Assembly: GCA_002633005.1 (NCBI GenBank)
Contig: NMRA01000001.1
Span: 4,450,995-4,514,994 of the forward strand
DNA: 64,000 nucleotides
DNA from: Phoronis australis
Taxonomy: Eukaryota > Animalia > Phoronida
Reading direction: 5' to 3'
Shown here: positions 36,636-51,733 of the stretch, piece by piece
Numbering within the stretch: position 1 is the first letter of the stretch
Layout of the letters: every line of letters starts with the position of its first letter
Notes under the pieces: generated by a model
The model's input: the letters and a program-made list of their open reading frames with translations, nothing else
The model's database searches: none
Told to the model about the DNA's origin: nothing
Program-made: the position numbers and the translations under genes

Positions 36636-39600
36636 CTAATAATCAAATATACTGCCACTTTCATCATCATCCTTTGATGTGAAGTCATAATTTCTCCAAA
36701 TTTCATCAAACAGTTCTTTACAGTTAATGTTTGCCTTTAACTGAGAGCAGAGCAGGAAGGAGCCAGACATCTTGCGATGCAACGAGTAGCTCTCCTCTGG
36801 TGGAGGTGTTAAACGATGCTTGATCATAACGGGGATGATATTGTGAACACGGCGTGTTGTGTCTTGAGTGGAAAAGTTGAATGGACCATCTGTGGCAAAA
36901 GCTTCGCCGAGAATCATGACCGCGTCTACATGAGCATCTTGCATAACCTGTAAACAACCAAAGAGAATATCATGTGAACAACCATAGAATCATTAAAACT
37001 AGGGAAACCAGTGCAGTTGGGCTGACAAAATGATAAATTGAATGACTAGGTCTAGAAGAGTGAGTAGCCCAGTACAACTGAATGATTTGAAGTGCAACAG
37101 AATGGGTTACAAGGTGAATAGCCCAGCTCAATAGAATAAACTGAAGGGTACATAGTCCAAATCAACTGAATGACTTGAAAGGTGAATAGTTGAATGCAAC
37201 TGATAGGCTTTCTTGATACCACACCCAGTCAGACATCCCGCTACTTACAGGCATTCTAAATATCACATTCAGTGAAACATCTCCCTAAGTACAGTCCTTC
37301 TTATTACCCCCATCCAGTCAAACACCCCCCTAACTACTGACCTTCTTAAGACCACAGCCAGACAAACANCCTTCTTAATACCACAATCAGTCAAACATCC
37401 CCCTAAGTACAGGCCTTAATACCACAGCCGTTCAAACATCCCACTAAGTACAGGCCTTCTTAATACCACAGCCAGTCAAATATCCCATCTAACACAGCCT
37501 TCAGATGTAGTGTAGTGGCCTGCATATAACACACCTTAGTTTCATAGCCAGTCAAGAAGCCCATGTCAGTAGATCCTTCGAGAACCCCTTGTCGGTCGCC
37601 ATCTGCAGCTGCTCGAATCACTCTGATGTACTGGTCAACAAATTTCTTGGGAAACTTGTGAGAAGCGCCAAAGTCTAATAGAGCAATCTGAAAGACAAAA
37701 GACGAGGAACTAAGAGCAATCATTCATTTGATATTGTCATGCACGGTAAAGACAAGACTAGTGTTCATTCATACGCACCAGACATCATCACCTGCAATCA
37801 ATCACCTGATACTGACATGCATGGTAAAGACAAGTGTTCCTTCACACGTACCAAACTGTGTCACCTGCACACCTTTATACACTCACGTACCTGTTTCTGC
37901 TCTGGGATGTAGAAGAAGTTGGACCAGTTGGGGTCAGTCTGCATGAAACGGAAGACAAAGAGCTCCTTGAGACAGAGTCGCAGTAGATTCCTGCTCAGGT
38001 CATCACGGGTCTCCTGGTCCAAATGGACACACTTGTCCAGGGGGATTCCCTGGATCAGTTCAAAGGTTATGACCTCCTTCCTGCTGAGGTCATCAATCAG
38101 CGAAGGTATGGTGAACACTGGGTCATCTTTTAAAAGCTCTCTGTAATGAAGAGGGACATTAGAGAGGGAGTGTGAATCATATGTCTCGAACACCTCAATA
38201 AAGGTCTCGGAGTAGAATGAGTAGTGTAAATCACATCTCTTGGACACATTACTGGAAGTGTCACAGTATAACAGGTAGTATTTAGTTAAACACAAGTAGT
38301 TACACAAGCATCACAGACAATCCTGGACTGGTTCTCATAAAAGGATCTCCACAGTCGAACAAAATGATGGGCAGTCATACTTCTGATGAACTGTCATACT
38401 ACTCATGGACTGTCACACTTGTCATAGACTGCAATATTTCTGATGAACTATTGAACCAAATCCAATGCTTTAGTCTGTAACTTTTGACTTAAATAATAAA
38501 ATGGCATATAGCCTTTCTTGAAGCAAAATGTTAAAATAACAATAAGCATTATATTGCTTCAAATAACTCTGCAAAAAGCATAGCCATGATGACCACTGAC
38601 AACACCTACGTGAATCGCCTGGCTGACTCTGCTTCACGCACATAGTCACACTCCCAATACAGCTCTTTACGACCGAACTGCATAGCACTGTCTGCATGCA
38701 TTCCTGAAACAATGTTAAACAAGATTGATGTCACTATGCAAGTACTGCATTAGTCAACTTTACAATTGGCATTCTAGTATAAAAGAGAACCGTCATTGAA
38801 TATGCAGACATTTGTATAAATTGAGTTTTTCTTCATAAGTTATGCAATCACTATAACTGAGCAATAATCTTTCTCGTATACATATTTCATTGAAGTCGTG
38901 TCTTCAATTAAAAAATTATGCAATGAGAATAGTTTCCAAGGTTACAAGAACAAAGAAATGTTCACTATAGCTCATACATTGTATGGCTTAATTTTGCCTT
39001 AATCATTGACAGGGAATTTTTGGTACATAATGTGACGCAAAAGAATCCGTCTTGTGGTATTACAAAGACAATAAAGAATCATGTCTTTTGGCATGTATTG
39101 TGAGAATAAAGAATCTGTCATAGAATCTATTGTTGCGCATGTGCAGCACATGCCAAAGAACTATTAAATGATAAGGAATTCTGTGTCATGACCGGTGAGC
39201 AAAAGTGGAGCTCCACACCATGCTGGCTGAGGTTAAGCATAATTCACAATCAGAAAGGTTAGAATGTCCAGTATTGATGGGAAAACAATATTCTGCCTCA
39301 TTACTACTGATGTCTACTGTATTTAATATTAAATTGATACTGTGTTTAATGTTCTATGTGTGTCTAATACTGTGTGTGTGTGTTTAATATTACATGTGTT
39401 AAATACAGAACACTGTGCGCATGTGTTTAATACACTGTGTGTAAGTGTGTGTGATTAATATTGTGTGCGTGTGTTTCATACTATGTGTGTACTTTCTTCT
39501 GCAACTTAACAGTGGTGCAAAGTCACCTTCCGGTAGAATGTTCCACATCTTCATAATTCCCATTAAGTTGCGAATATCACTGTCTATACTCTTTGCAACA

Positions 39601-42600
39601 CCAGGGTACTGGAAAAAGAATAGAATTATTTAACTAGTCCAACCAACACTGTACACATGACTTGGTATGATGTACAAATTACATTTTCCGTATATCTTTT
39701 CAGCTATTTGTGAAGCTATCTGAAACAAAACTACAAGAAGGAGGGTTGACTGGCATGTTTGATTTCACACCTCTCTTAGACTGCCTGTTGACTATTGATA
39801 ACAGCAAAGGGTATTGAATGAATAATTTGTTTGAAAGTTTTGTTTTTGAATTTCGACAACCCATTTCACATCTAGAACTGATAACTGAGGCCATTTATCT
39901 GTTACCATCTGAAGATTAGTACAGTGTAAATGAGAATTATAACAAAATTACAACACGTATTCCTTATGACTATTTATTTCCCATAATGCATCACCTCCTG
40001 ACTCTCAATGACTATTCTTTCCCACAATACAACAGTACCTGAATCTTAATGGCCACTTCTCTCCCATCATGCAACACTCCATGATGAACTTGACCAATAG
40101 AAGCAGCAGCAAACGGCTTACTGTCAAACTGAGCCAGTAAATTCCTCCACTCAGGACCAAGCTCCTTGGACATTACTTTCTGAAATGTGCAGAAAACAGA
40201 ATCTACAGATAATTTTATTAACCAATTGACATCAGTCTAATATGTTGAAGAACGCGATGGTGTTGCGTTAGAAGAGCAAATAATGTTTCCGAAGAAAGTT
40301 TACAGATTTAATACCAGAACATCGTTTATAGGGACTTTAACAAAGTTTTGTTTAAATTATTCCCAAAATGTATTTTTGAAATTTCTGACATTTCTGTTGT
40401 TAGAATTAAAAAATCAGAATATATTTTCCAAATAATCAGGCAATATGATTTAAATATCCTCCATGTTTCCAACACATGATGCCAAGGTAGTTCACGATCA
40501 AAGACTAACCCTCTGAAATGGTGACTGAACTGAGACTGAACCTAGCATTGACTATCAGAGAATGTTGTTGACAGAATTGGCCACAATATTATGACCATCC
40601 ACTTTATTCTTAGCAGGTATACCATGCAAAATTGGATTGTTTATTCTAAGTAAAACATATGTACATACACCATGCAAAACTGGATTGTAATAGTACACAC
40701 TCCTGTAATGAGTTTCTTTTATTAAAAGTGAGATATTTACGAAAAATTATTTTATTTGAGAATGAGTATTGTCTTATTTCTCAGTCCGCACACAGTACAC
40801 AACGACACCCATGGTGCACCCATGACATTACTCTAGCAGTATTTAACCTCTATCAGAATTTAACCTCTATCATACCAGCATACATAAAACATGACACTAC
40901 TCTAGCAGTATTTAACCTCTATCAGAATTTAACCTCTATCATACCTTTATCATACATAAAACATGACACTACATTTGAAAGCAGTATTTAACCTCTCTCA
41001 GTATTTAATCTCTATCGTACCTTTATCATACCAAACCCATGATACTACTCTAGCAGTATTTAACCTCCATAAGTATTGAACCTCAATTGTACCTTTATCA
41101 TACCAAACCCATGATACTACTATAGCAGTATTTAACCTCTATAAGTATTGAACCTCAATTGTACCTTTATCATACCAAACCCATGATACTACTCTAGCAG
41201 TATTTAACCTCTATCAGTATTTAACATCTAACGTACCTTTATCATACCAAACCCATGATACTACTCTAGCAGTATTTAACCTCTATCATACCTTTATCAT
41301 ACATAAAACATGACACTACTCTACCAGTATTTAACCTCTATCAGTATTTAATCTCTATCGTACCTTTATCATACCAAACCCATGATACTACTCTAGCAGT
41401 ATTTAACCTCTATCAGTATTTAACATCTAACGTACCTTTATCATACCAAACCCATGACACTACTCTAGCAGTATTTAACCTCTATCAGTATTTAATCTCT
41501 ATCATACCTTTATCATACCAAACCCATGATACTACTCCAGCAGTATTTAACCTCTATAAGTATTGAACCTCAATTGCACCTTTATCATACCAAACCCATG
41601 ATATTACTCTAGCAATATTTAACCTCTATCAATATTCAACCTCTATCGTACCTTTATCATACCAAACCCACTGCATTACTCTATCAGCATTTAATCTTTA
41701 TCATACCTCAACCTGCCACGAGGGCATGAAGTCAGCGCTATCTCGAACTCTCTGGAAAATCTTCTGTAGCTGGGGATTGATGAAGGCACTGTCTACAATC
41801 AGAGAGTCAGATTATTATCAACCAGCAAAGTCTGCGACACTCATGACTACTTGCACTGCACAAAGTCTGCGACACTCATGACTACTTGCACTACACAAAG
41901 TCTGTGATACTCATGACCACTTGCACTGCACAAAGTCTGCGACACCCATAACCACTTGCACTACACAAAGTCTGCGACACTCATGAGCACTTGCACTACA
42001 CAAAGTCTGTGACACTCATGACCACTTACACTGCACAAAGTCTGCGACACTCATGACCACTTGCACTGCACAAAGTCTGCGACACTCATGACCACTTGCA
42101 CTACACAAAGTCTGCGACACACCCATGACCACTTGCACTGCACAAAGTTTGTGGCACTCATGACCGCTCGCACTTTACAAATAATTTGGGATAAAACAAG
42201 TGATGCAAAGACACACTAATGCTGGATAACGGTGAAAATGGAAAACATTCAATGTATCAATGCTCCTTAGCTTAACTTTTGGTGAAGCTTAATGGAATGT
42301 CACCATATGTGAGATTTTTCTCTAAGCTTGAATTTCCTTGCTCCCTTACTAACCAGTGCTGGACAAAAAGACTACTGATGAGGAGCGTGAATGACAGAAT
42401 CAAGCCTGTCAAAACATCTTTCACATTAAATTTTAAGGTGGGACCTTATCACCTCTCTGGGTAATCAATGGTATGCACTATCTTCATTAAGTGTGCCTGG
42501 CAAATACAAGCACACTATGTTTGAGGAATTTCTGATAAAACTCATTTTCTGACCAATTAGTGGTCAAAATGAACATATCCCATGACCTATTAGAACGTGA

Positions 42601-45600
42601 AAATGCACCTGGTGCAGAACACTCAAGTGTGCTTAAACAAGGAAAAACATGCCGCATTGCTATGCAAGTTCTTGAAAATTATTGACAAAGTTTGATAAAT
42701 TTTCATTGATCTTGAATACGCCCACGAATGGTTCTTAGAAGCTAACACACTTTAAATTTGTAAAGATTATCTAAGTTTGATGAAATTAGACTTGTACCCA
42801 CCTTGTATACTGATCATCTGACCCAGTTTCAAAGCCGCTCCCCTTACTCGACATAGTGTATTGACAATGCGCTCAGCATTGGCTTCAGTCAGGAAAATGT
42901 TGCTGTCCATAACAGAGCCAACGCCACCTGGAGGCAAGTTAAGGACAATTGCTTCATTGGCCGATATCAACCTGGCTTACATCCAAGAAGTGAACTTTTG
43001 ATTAAGACAACTAGCATGGTGTGGGCAGGATTGTGTGGGCAGCATAGAGTGGGCAGCATGGTGTGGGCAGCAAGGTGAAAACATGAGAACATTGAGAAAC
43101 CAGCAATGTTATACAAAGCATGAACTTCACAAAAATCACATGTAAATGGTGTATTGGATTTCTGTGCTCATTATAACAGAAATACCAGTTGTGTATCTTT
43201 GTGTTTTGTAAACACTTCATGTCAACAAAATTAAGCACACATTACCTGACTTGGGAAGAATTCAAAAATTTTTGTTTAACGTTGAAAATGTATCATGAAT
43301 GACGGTCATTATCATGTTGGTTTTCAGACCCCAAAAATGATAATGGCTGTTGAGGTCATTATTACATTTTTGGGGTCTGAAAACCAATGTATTGACAGAT
43401 TGTGAAAGGCAATAATTATTTTATTACATGATTTTATTCTCTACTAATTTATGGAAGTAGGCTATGCTTCAGCATTCGATCAAATATCAATTACTCGTTC
43501 AATTATTCAGATAATAAAGCAAAATCTGAAAAATTTAAGATACTTGGATGACTAGAAAATTGTACTTTCTTGTTTTTCACAAGAGACAAGTGTCATCATT
43601 TTATTGGTTTACCAATTTCAATTTCTGTAGAATAGATAGCATCAAACAGCCTTTTAAAAAATTGTGGGCATTGACAACAATCATGGTAGAAGGTCTTGGA
43701 AAATAGTGAAGGGGTACTTTTGGCAATTATTTTTGCCCGAAATTGGTGAAATTTTACTAACAGTTCTTCATTTTTTGGAGAGATTTTGAAAAGTTTCTAA
43801 AAGATGCTCACAATAGACAAAGGAATAACCAACTATTTTGAGAAAGATATCGTGTTTGCAGTCATACAACGGCTGGTTTTTAATACACAATGATGGCCAA
43901 CCATTATTTGATTCTATCAATGCGATCCCAAGCTGTCAGCATGATCTACGGTCCATGCAAATGACATGGTGTAAAACACACAGCTTTTGTTCAATAGCTG
44001 CGTTTCCTTGATGCAGGTTTGGGTTCACCGGCTGGTTTATAATTTGCAGTTACCAAAAATAAACACAACAAAGAAATCCAAATGACATAAACACACCCAA
44101 GAAGACGCTCTTAGATTTTGGTGCCGTGCTGGTGGCGCAGTGGTACAGAAGTGGCTTGCGAAAATTAAGATCGTGGACTCAAATCACGATGGGATTTTAA
44201 TTACTTCCACAAAAAAAGTTTATAAAAGGAATTATATCTCCGTTACCATAGCGTTTGTCAATATTGTGAAATAAACAGTGAATATTGCGAATTATAAGCA
44301 CTGATATGCTAGCCACTAGTGAGTGGACAACATAATCTGTCCAAACTGCATATAATAATCTCTATCACAGTATGTAACATATCATTCATATATTTTCATT
44401 TCCACCCAAAACCCTCTTCACCTGTTCACAAGTAAAAATACATTTTCCCCTAAAGCCCCACTCACCTGATTTCTTCAGACCCAAACTTCGCTGGGCCATT
44501 TCTGAGATAGCGCCCACACCCAGACCAGCAGCCAGACCTACAGAAGAGTAACAGCACACAGTCAAGTTCAACAGCACTTCAATATTCATAAGATGTGAAG
44601 ATCATGTAATTAATTGATGGAGTTATACAATGATAATAAACAATGCAATGAGTATACTAAGAAGAGGTTGATAATGCTTTACCTCAGTATACTACAGCTT
44701 CATCAGAATAATAAACAACATGGATGCGAAGAGTCCAAGAGTTGCAAACTTTTACTCTGTGCTAAAATATCATTTATTGAGCACTAAGCATGTCAGGTTT
44801 ACATAAGTTGAATTATAGAACATGCTTATACAGTGAGGTAACGTAAGATAAAAAACACACATTCTGATTGTTATGTGCCGCAAGACTGTCTCGTAGCTCT
44901 GATTGAGTTATAATCAAACTATATCACATCTGGTTGCTTGTCAGTGAGTTATAATCTAACTGTAGAGCACTTCTTACTTCCAAAAGACACTGCCCTTCCA
45001 ACCCTTGACGACGGCACTTTCCTCTCCTTTGCTCGCTCACTTAACTAGAAAATAATGTTGAAGGTGAACAATACATGAATCAGATGCCCATAACTATCTT
45101 GTAAAATTACGTTGGATGTTTGCCATGAACCCATGCCAGCCTGATGAAAAGTGACCATCACACTGATGATAAATGATCATCAGAGTGATGATCAATGACC
45201 ATCAGAGTGGTGACGGATGATCACCAGGCTGATGATAAATGATCATCATTCCTGGATAACCTATTTTGATCAAATATGATTGCTCAGCGATAAGAAATCA
45301 TAAATTAAGACTGATGATAAACCTATGAAAAATTATATCGTTCGTTAATGATCAGCGATTTATATCATGTCAAGCCATTCATACGAATTCGTAAAAATGG
45401 ATGATGTGAATTCACATAGAAGTTTTTTATGATGAGCTAATGCTGCCTGTGTATTGTAAGGAGTGAGCACTGAAAAGGCATTCAACACTGATCGTCAACA
45501 TTATGTTGAAGGACAGCGACGAAGCGGTGTACAAACCTCTACACTGTACAAAAGGGCATCCTCTGAAAGACTTCTCTTTGAAACAGTGCATAAGGCAAAC

Positions 45601-48446
45601 AGAACCGTATGTGTATTGGCCAACAGATGGCAGTAGACAATACTTGAGGACCTGTTTACATAGTTGTTTTAGCAGTATTTGTGTTGGCCAACAGATGGCA
45701 ACAGACACAGCTTGAGGAACTGTCTACATCAGTCACTTCAGCTGGTGCTTGAACACTGAGCTAAACATAGTGACTGAGAAAATTTTACATTTAAGTATGT
45801 CAGAGTATAGTAATGATAATACTCTTGACAACAGTGAATATGGGAATTGGACACCTGTACGTCAGAAATCTTCCGTGTTGCCACATTATCAGCGACATAT
45901 AATAGTGAGATATACAGTACATGTGAAGCTCTGCGTACCACAGAGGGTTTGGTAGATAATCATAAGAGACATTTCAAACAGTTGTCACATTCAGCTTCAC
46001 ACACCCACATACGATAGATAGCCCTAAACAAAGGTGACCTTGGACCAAAAGGAACAAAATGTTTCAATTGTGACATTTCAGTGGGAATGTCCACCATTCT
46101 CTAGCTAAAATAACTTATTCAAGAATGACAGGGATTATCATTCTAGAATTGTAGCTTGTTATTGGAGGATGCTGCAACAAAACATGCCACAACTGAATAT
46201 ACTTTAAACTTTACTCATACCTATCAACACAGGATAAATAAAAAGAAAATGCCAACGAGTGTGATCTGGCGAGACCTGGGCCCTGTCTCTAATCTTTGTA
46301 CTCGAAACGAACTCGAAACTATTTTTGGCAATTTCTCTGCTCCTTTTGTGCAAACTTAAGATAATTGGTTATCAGACTGTGCTCGAATACATTATAGTTT
46401 ATGCATAGGAGTTTCTAGTTCAAGTTTGCCCTTGAAGACCCTTATATTCGTGCTACAAACTCGAGTAAAAACTCGAAATTTCGAGTTCAAACTCGAACTT
46501 ATTGCTTTAATATTGGGTTTACAAACTGTGAACTAAGGGCAATAAATTTTCTAAGTAAGTTATTGTGTACTAGAGCATAGAATAATAGACACTTATCTTG
46601 ATTTCGCCCAAAAGTAGAGTAGAAAATGCCAAACCTAATTTCGAGTTCCATTTCGAGTAAATAGATTGGAGACCGGGCCCACCTTCATCTACTTAATAGG
46701 TATACTATTAATGGGAGACAACTACCATTTGCGCAGGTACATGTGATGAAGTGGAGTTATCCTTGTCTTCCTGCCAGTCCTCCACTGTTCTGCTTTCAGA
46801 AGAAGTAGGTAACAGGTCAGCTGGTGAGATTGTGAGAGTGTCACTGAGTCCAGTGTTAGGAATAGAGTGCTGCATACTTTGAGGAGGACTACTGACACTC
46901 TGGAACTTGACTGTATTATTTGGTCCATTGCTATCGTCACTAGTATTGAATGTATGACTGTTTGTACTTGAGCTATCTGACTGATCTGTCAGTGAATCAC
47001 TGGACACTTCCTCAGCAGTCACTATAGATTCAGGTTCCGTTGCATATGTATCAGTTTTGATCAGTTCTTCATACTCCGGACCAAATGCTTTATCCAGCAG
47101 GTCCGAGTACTCATCACTCATTTCACTCTGCTCATCACCCTTGTCAGACTGTAAGATGCCCGGAAGTGGTACATTACTCAACATGCGTGACGCCTGAGTC
47201 GCAAAGTCATTCACAGTCTTGGGAAGATGGTCCAAAGTTTTCTGAAAAAACATTCCAGAAGCATTCACTTTACACGGAACTGCAATGCCAGTTACAACTA
47301 CAGATGTCTTCCCTAAGGCATATATAAACTTTGGATAATAATTCCAAAGTGATACAGCATGTACAATCAAAAGAGCAGGCACACTTTATTCACATTCCAC
47401 TTAGCAAAACAATCAGTGTTGAGATGATACCAATTTGAAACGAAATTTTCAAACAATTAATTCGAGCACTTACATCAACCAATTAAAATGTGTTATATAG
47501 AAATAGTGACAATTTGCCAGAACATTAACTCGGGTTCACGTGAAGTTATAAACTGCTTGCCCACTGAACCTTTACACCCTCAGTGTAGCATTCTGTACTG
47601 ACTGCTAACAGCTTAACTTCAGTGGGAACAGTCATTTAGAACCAGACTAAATTTACTGCAGCATTAAACTTACTCCTCTACAGAACATGAGATTAGCTAC
47701 AGAAATAGAGTTTAATAAAGTTTAAGTCTGTGGGAATGCTTAATCCATCCAGAAAATATGGCTACAATATCACAATTTTCTAGTCTGTTTGATGAGAGTT
47801 TCAAACCGTTATGCTCCTTCAGTCTCAGTCATCGGATCACATTAGCATTGTGTGTAAAAAGTATCATGAGCTTGGGGACAAGAAAGTCAGAAGTTCAAAT
47901 TGGTCTCAAGTCAAAACTATAACCCTGATAAGTCTGTGAATTCACCTTCACGAGGTCTCATTTCAAATGGTCAACACATATGCCATCTGTGGTTTTAAGC
48001 CATTTAACCTAAGATATTTACTGCGATATCTGTTAATCCAGATTAGTGGGAATGCTGGCAATTTACGATGATTGCTTATCTTAATTATCTGAAGGTTGAT
48101 ACGCAGGCTCTTTACTCCGATTTGGTTTGTGGGAAAACAGTAATAGGATGAAACTGTTTCTTTACTGATGGTACATAGTTTTGAGTCAATGTCTGAGGTA
48201 AAGTAACACAAGGTCAAGGATACATCTGGAGTTGCCAAAACAGCCAAAACATACCATTATTTCTGACTGCTTGATAACACCACTGGATATGGTCTCTTCT
48301 AAGCGGAACCCTGCACTTTTAACAGCCTCTGTCACGCTGGAGTTCCGCACAACTCTCTGCAGCTGCTCCCTCTGTTGTCTACCAACAGTACGTGCAACAC
48401 TGTCCAAGCCGCGTAACACAATTAAGAGGTCGTTGTAACGCGACAT
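36636..48446 (-). CDS. COQ8: Atypical UbiB-family kinase COQ8 (ADCK3/ADCK4), mitochondrial, 696 aa
   Basis: Coding exons (minus) 48446-48255, 47241-46726, 45044-44978, 44537-44466, 42927-42802, 41792-41707, 40179-40039, 39608-39527, 38703-38610, 38140-37891, 37687-37535 and 36947-36636 sum to 2091 nt with consistent phases. Motifs [20 protein letters not shown] (KxGQ), [44 protein letters not shown] and [19 protein letters not shown]. Confidence 0.97.
37210..37500. repeat. Degenerate ~40-bp intronic tandem repeat
   Basis: TAATACCACAGCCAGTCAAACATCCC..AAGTACAGGCCTT units in the last COQ8 intron. Confidence 0.75.
40820..41706. repeat. 72-bp minisatellite (~12 copies) running into a COQ8 splice donor
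   Basis: CATGATACTAC recurs at 41038, 41110, 41182 and 41254 (period 72). The last unit's TTTATCATAC supplies the donor at 41706. Confidence 0.95.
41826..42176. repeat. 35-bp minisatellite (~10 copies)
   Basis: CAAAGTCTGCGACACTCATGACCACTTGCACTGCA at 41826, 41861 and onward. Confidence 0.95.
44120..44195 (+). repeat. tRNA-derived SINE-like remnant; related copy at ~28712-28780
   Basis: A-box-like TGGCGCAGTGG and degenerate B-box GGACTCAAATC; no convincing cloverleaf. Confidence 0.45.
46278..46680. mobile_element. MITE with GGGCCC termini and long imperfect TIRs in a COQ8 intron
   Basis: GGGCCCTGTCTCTAATCTTTGTACTCGAAACGAACTCGAAA is inverted with TTTCGAGTTCCATTTCGAGTAAATAGATTGGAGACCGGGCCC; ACCT on both flanks. 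Confidence 0.8.
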
Positions 48447-50188
48447 TGTGTCTAGAAAAGGAAAGATATTACCGTTTTAATGTCACTTTGCAACACAGCC
48501 TTTTTCTAATCTCACTCCAAAGAACTTCATCAAAACTGAACACCCAAACTTTCAGAGTACTGGGCGTACTGTATTATAAGCCAATAAGACATTGGTTTGA
48601 TACCAAATAAGCTAAAGGCAGTTTGTACTTTAATTATAAAGTTGATTATGCATTAAAAGAAAATGTACACTTCCATAGACAGGGATGAGATCAGATGACA
48701 TCCTCCACAAAGGACTAGTATTTCACGACTGGCCCAGGCCAGTTGGGTGAAAAGTCGGGTAGTTGAGAATACCTGTGGTTGTGTGGCTGTACTAGTGCCT
48801 CTAGGATGTCAAGGAACACATGTTAGAGCAACTCCTAAAAATGACAGTTATATCCACTCAATAACACCCGTTATTCTGTGGAAATAACTGGTCCTCCTCA
48901 CTCCTGTATAATTTAGATGGCTAAAGTATAGGACTATAGGTTCGTTCAGCCCATCAATGACAAGACCAAATTTTATATGGGACATGACTGGCGTATATAG
49001 TAGCGAGTGAGGCAGTGGGAAATGTACTGCAGTATAAAATACATGTACATCTAGTTTTTGGAACAACTTTGTGCATCCTGACCAATCTTAAATCAGTCAC
49101 ATATTATTCATGAAAAATTTGAATAATCAGAAATATGAGCACTTACAAAGATTACCCTGTGTTTAATGTTTTTAAAAAACGTGTTGTGTCATACGCAAAC
49201 TAGTAAATGAATGCTGATGTAGCCTCAGTACACAACTGCATAAATATTTATTCATATTTTATTTCCAAAAGGACAGACAGCTATGTACTTAGAAGTTGGA
49301 ACCAGCAGCTGTAAACTAGTAATTGGGCTCAAAAGCAAAGCTCGCTCAGTCCAATAAAATTTTGATTTGCGGTCACCAACATAAACTTATATATAAGTCA
49401 TGCAACACTGTCGAAAACCCAGTCTGAAAGTTTTCGTAACTTGCACTGACTGACATCACATCTCACAAGTGATTAAAAGAAACAATGAAATAATTATCAT
49501 TTACTTGCACCACTTTCGGCCTTTTCCAACAAAGAACTCGATCTTGGAGTTCAGAACGTAATACTTGTGACATGCAGTTAATTACCAGGGATTTACGATA
49601 AAGCACACATCACAATAAAGCAAACATGGGAGCTTGTTTAGAAAAGAAGGATGAAATGGCACCCATGAGTGCAATGGGTGTTTCCGAAGCAGTGATCACG
49701 ATGCTTTTTGGAAACAAAGCCATCTTGTAGTGACAACTATGCCCAAGGTAACATCATCTTGTGAGGGGAGGGATTTATTGAGCAATAAGTTGGCTCAAAG
49801 CTAACACATACAATCACCGCAAAATAACAAAAAGTAGAGACATTGTTTTCATGCACTTACGATACTTTTTAACGAGACGTTCATTATTTTAAATTGCCAG
49901 TGTCAATGTAAAGACTTATCTGTAGTGAAGTGATTCCACTGAATGCAAATTAATTGTAGCTCAATGCAAGATGCTGCCACGACTCAGTGATTGCAGGGCA
50001 GTCTCACATGCTCATCCCTGCATTTCAATAACTGAATACATCTCATGCGCGCACCCAGGGGGGGGGGGGCTCGAACAAGCCCCCCATTTGGCGAAGTGTG
50101 CAAAAACATGCGCCTCTGAGAGACGAAAAGTACGAGAAAGAGGTGATGGTCATTGCCTAACAGACGGGTTACATGTCTAGCCTGACCC

Positions 50189-51608
50189 TAGGCAATGACC
50201 ATCGCCTCTGTTGGCCCGACCAGAGGCGATGCAGCTCCTATAGGCGCTCCATACGCCGGAAGCTTTTCGGCGAATTATGCCTCGCACCGACTAAAACATT
50301 AAAGTCATGTTGTTATAAATTCCTTTTGCACATAGACACCTTAGGAGGTTGTTGATGTGTTTAATTCTTTCCAATTCGAACAAATACTCCCGTTATCAAA
50401 CTTTTTCTTTAAGCAGTCCCTATTTCAGTTCCCAAAATCGTGAACTCACCATTTTTATGCTGCGTCAGGCCTTCATGCAGCGTACGTCCAAATGGATGCC
50501 CTAGCACTAATATGGACGCTCTGGCAAGGATGCCCAATGTATCATTTGGACGCCCACTGTCAGTAAGAACCTTTCAAGTTTGGACATACACATTGTAATG
50601 ATTACTAGGACGCCTCTGAAGGCTCAGTGGGGGCTCTTTTTTTCAAAGCAGGGACAAATATACAAAGTATATATACAATGTTGCTATGCTCACACTTGGT
50701 TGATAGCATTGTAAAAGTCTTGGTCTACACCAATTTTTTATTAAAAATGCTCACCACAGAAGACTGTTTTGTAAAGTTAGATGTAAAAACCTTGGTCTAT
50801 GCATTTTTTGTAAAAAAATGTGTTTGTTTGGGGGGATTGCTGCGGGTGGGGGGTTACGTGTCGGAATTATGGATGCCCTGGAATAATGGGAACCCCATTT
50901 TGGACACCCTATTTTCGAAATCCTGGATAAAGGCCTGTACTGCGCATGCACCAATTTTTACCGCACTCGTTAGGGGATGTGGCTTCATGACATCAATCTT
51001 TAAATAGGCCAAAGGTGAGCCATTGCGATCCAAATGTTCGATTCCAAAATGCCACCACTACTTGTCTTTAATTGGCATTACTCGAAACTGATTGTATTTC
51101 AATGAATTATTGTTTGTATTTGATAAAAATAAATGCGGTTGATATGACATTTAATAGTCTTTTTGCACATATTTGACATTTTAATGTTTAACAACACGGC
51201 AAATGCACGGCTGGTTCCCTGCAGCACGTACGCAGAGGGCGGGGACTTCAGCTTTCAAATTTCGCCGGTAGGACCGCAACTTCTGACCTTCGGCCTGGTT
51301 AAAAGAATGAGGTCATATCTCTTGGCGTGTGCCGAATGAAAATGGTTGAGTTCACGATTTTGGGAACTGAAATAGGGACTGCTTGAAGAAAAAGTTTGAT
51401 AACGCGAGTACTTGTTCGAGTTGGAAGGAATTAAACACATCGACAACCTCCTAAGTGTTCCTCTATGCGCAAAAGGTACTTATAACAACGTGACTTTGAT
51501 GTTTTAGTCGGTGCGAGGCATAATTCGCCGAAAATCTTGCGGCCTATGGAGCACTTATAGGAGCTGCATCGCCTCTGGTCGGGCCAACAGAGGGATGGTC
51601 AGTGCCTA
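50189..51608. mobile_element. Non-autonomous Mutator-like element with ~270-bp TIRs and 9-bp TSD
   Basis: 50189-50455 is inverted with ~51340-51608 (TAGGCAATGACCATC.../...GATGGTCAGTGCCTA). GCCTGACCC at 50180-50188 and 51609-51617. Confidence 0.85.
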
Positions 51609-51733
51609 GCCTGACCCGAGGTTGCGACCCAACAAACAAAGTCATAAAGCCCACCACCTAAATTTGACAAAAGATGTAAGTTTAAATCCCAAAATAAAGG
51701 AAGCGTATTAATTATGAAGAATAACAGACATAC

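Noticed and set aside
40820-42176. Regular 72-bp and 35-bp arrays as CRISPR-like arrays
   Set aside because: Units are contiguous with no unique spacers, sit in introns of a eukaryotic gene, and no cas genes are present.
44120-44195. tRNA gene
   Set aside because: An A-box is present but the B-box and stems are degenerate; treated as a SINE-like remnant.
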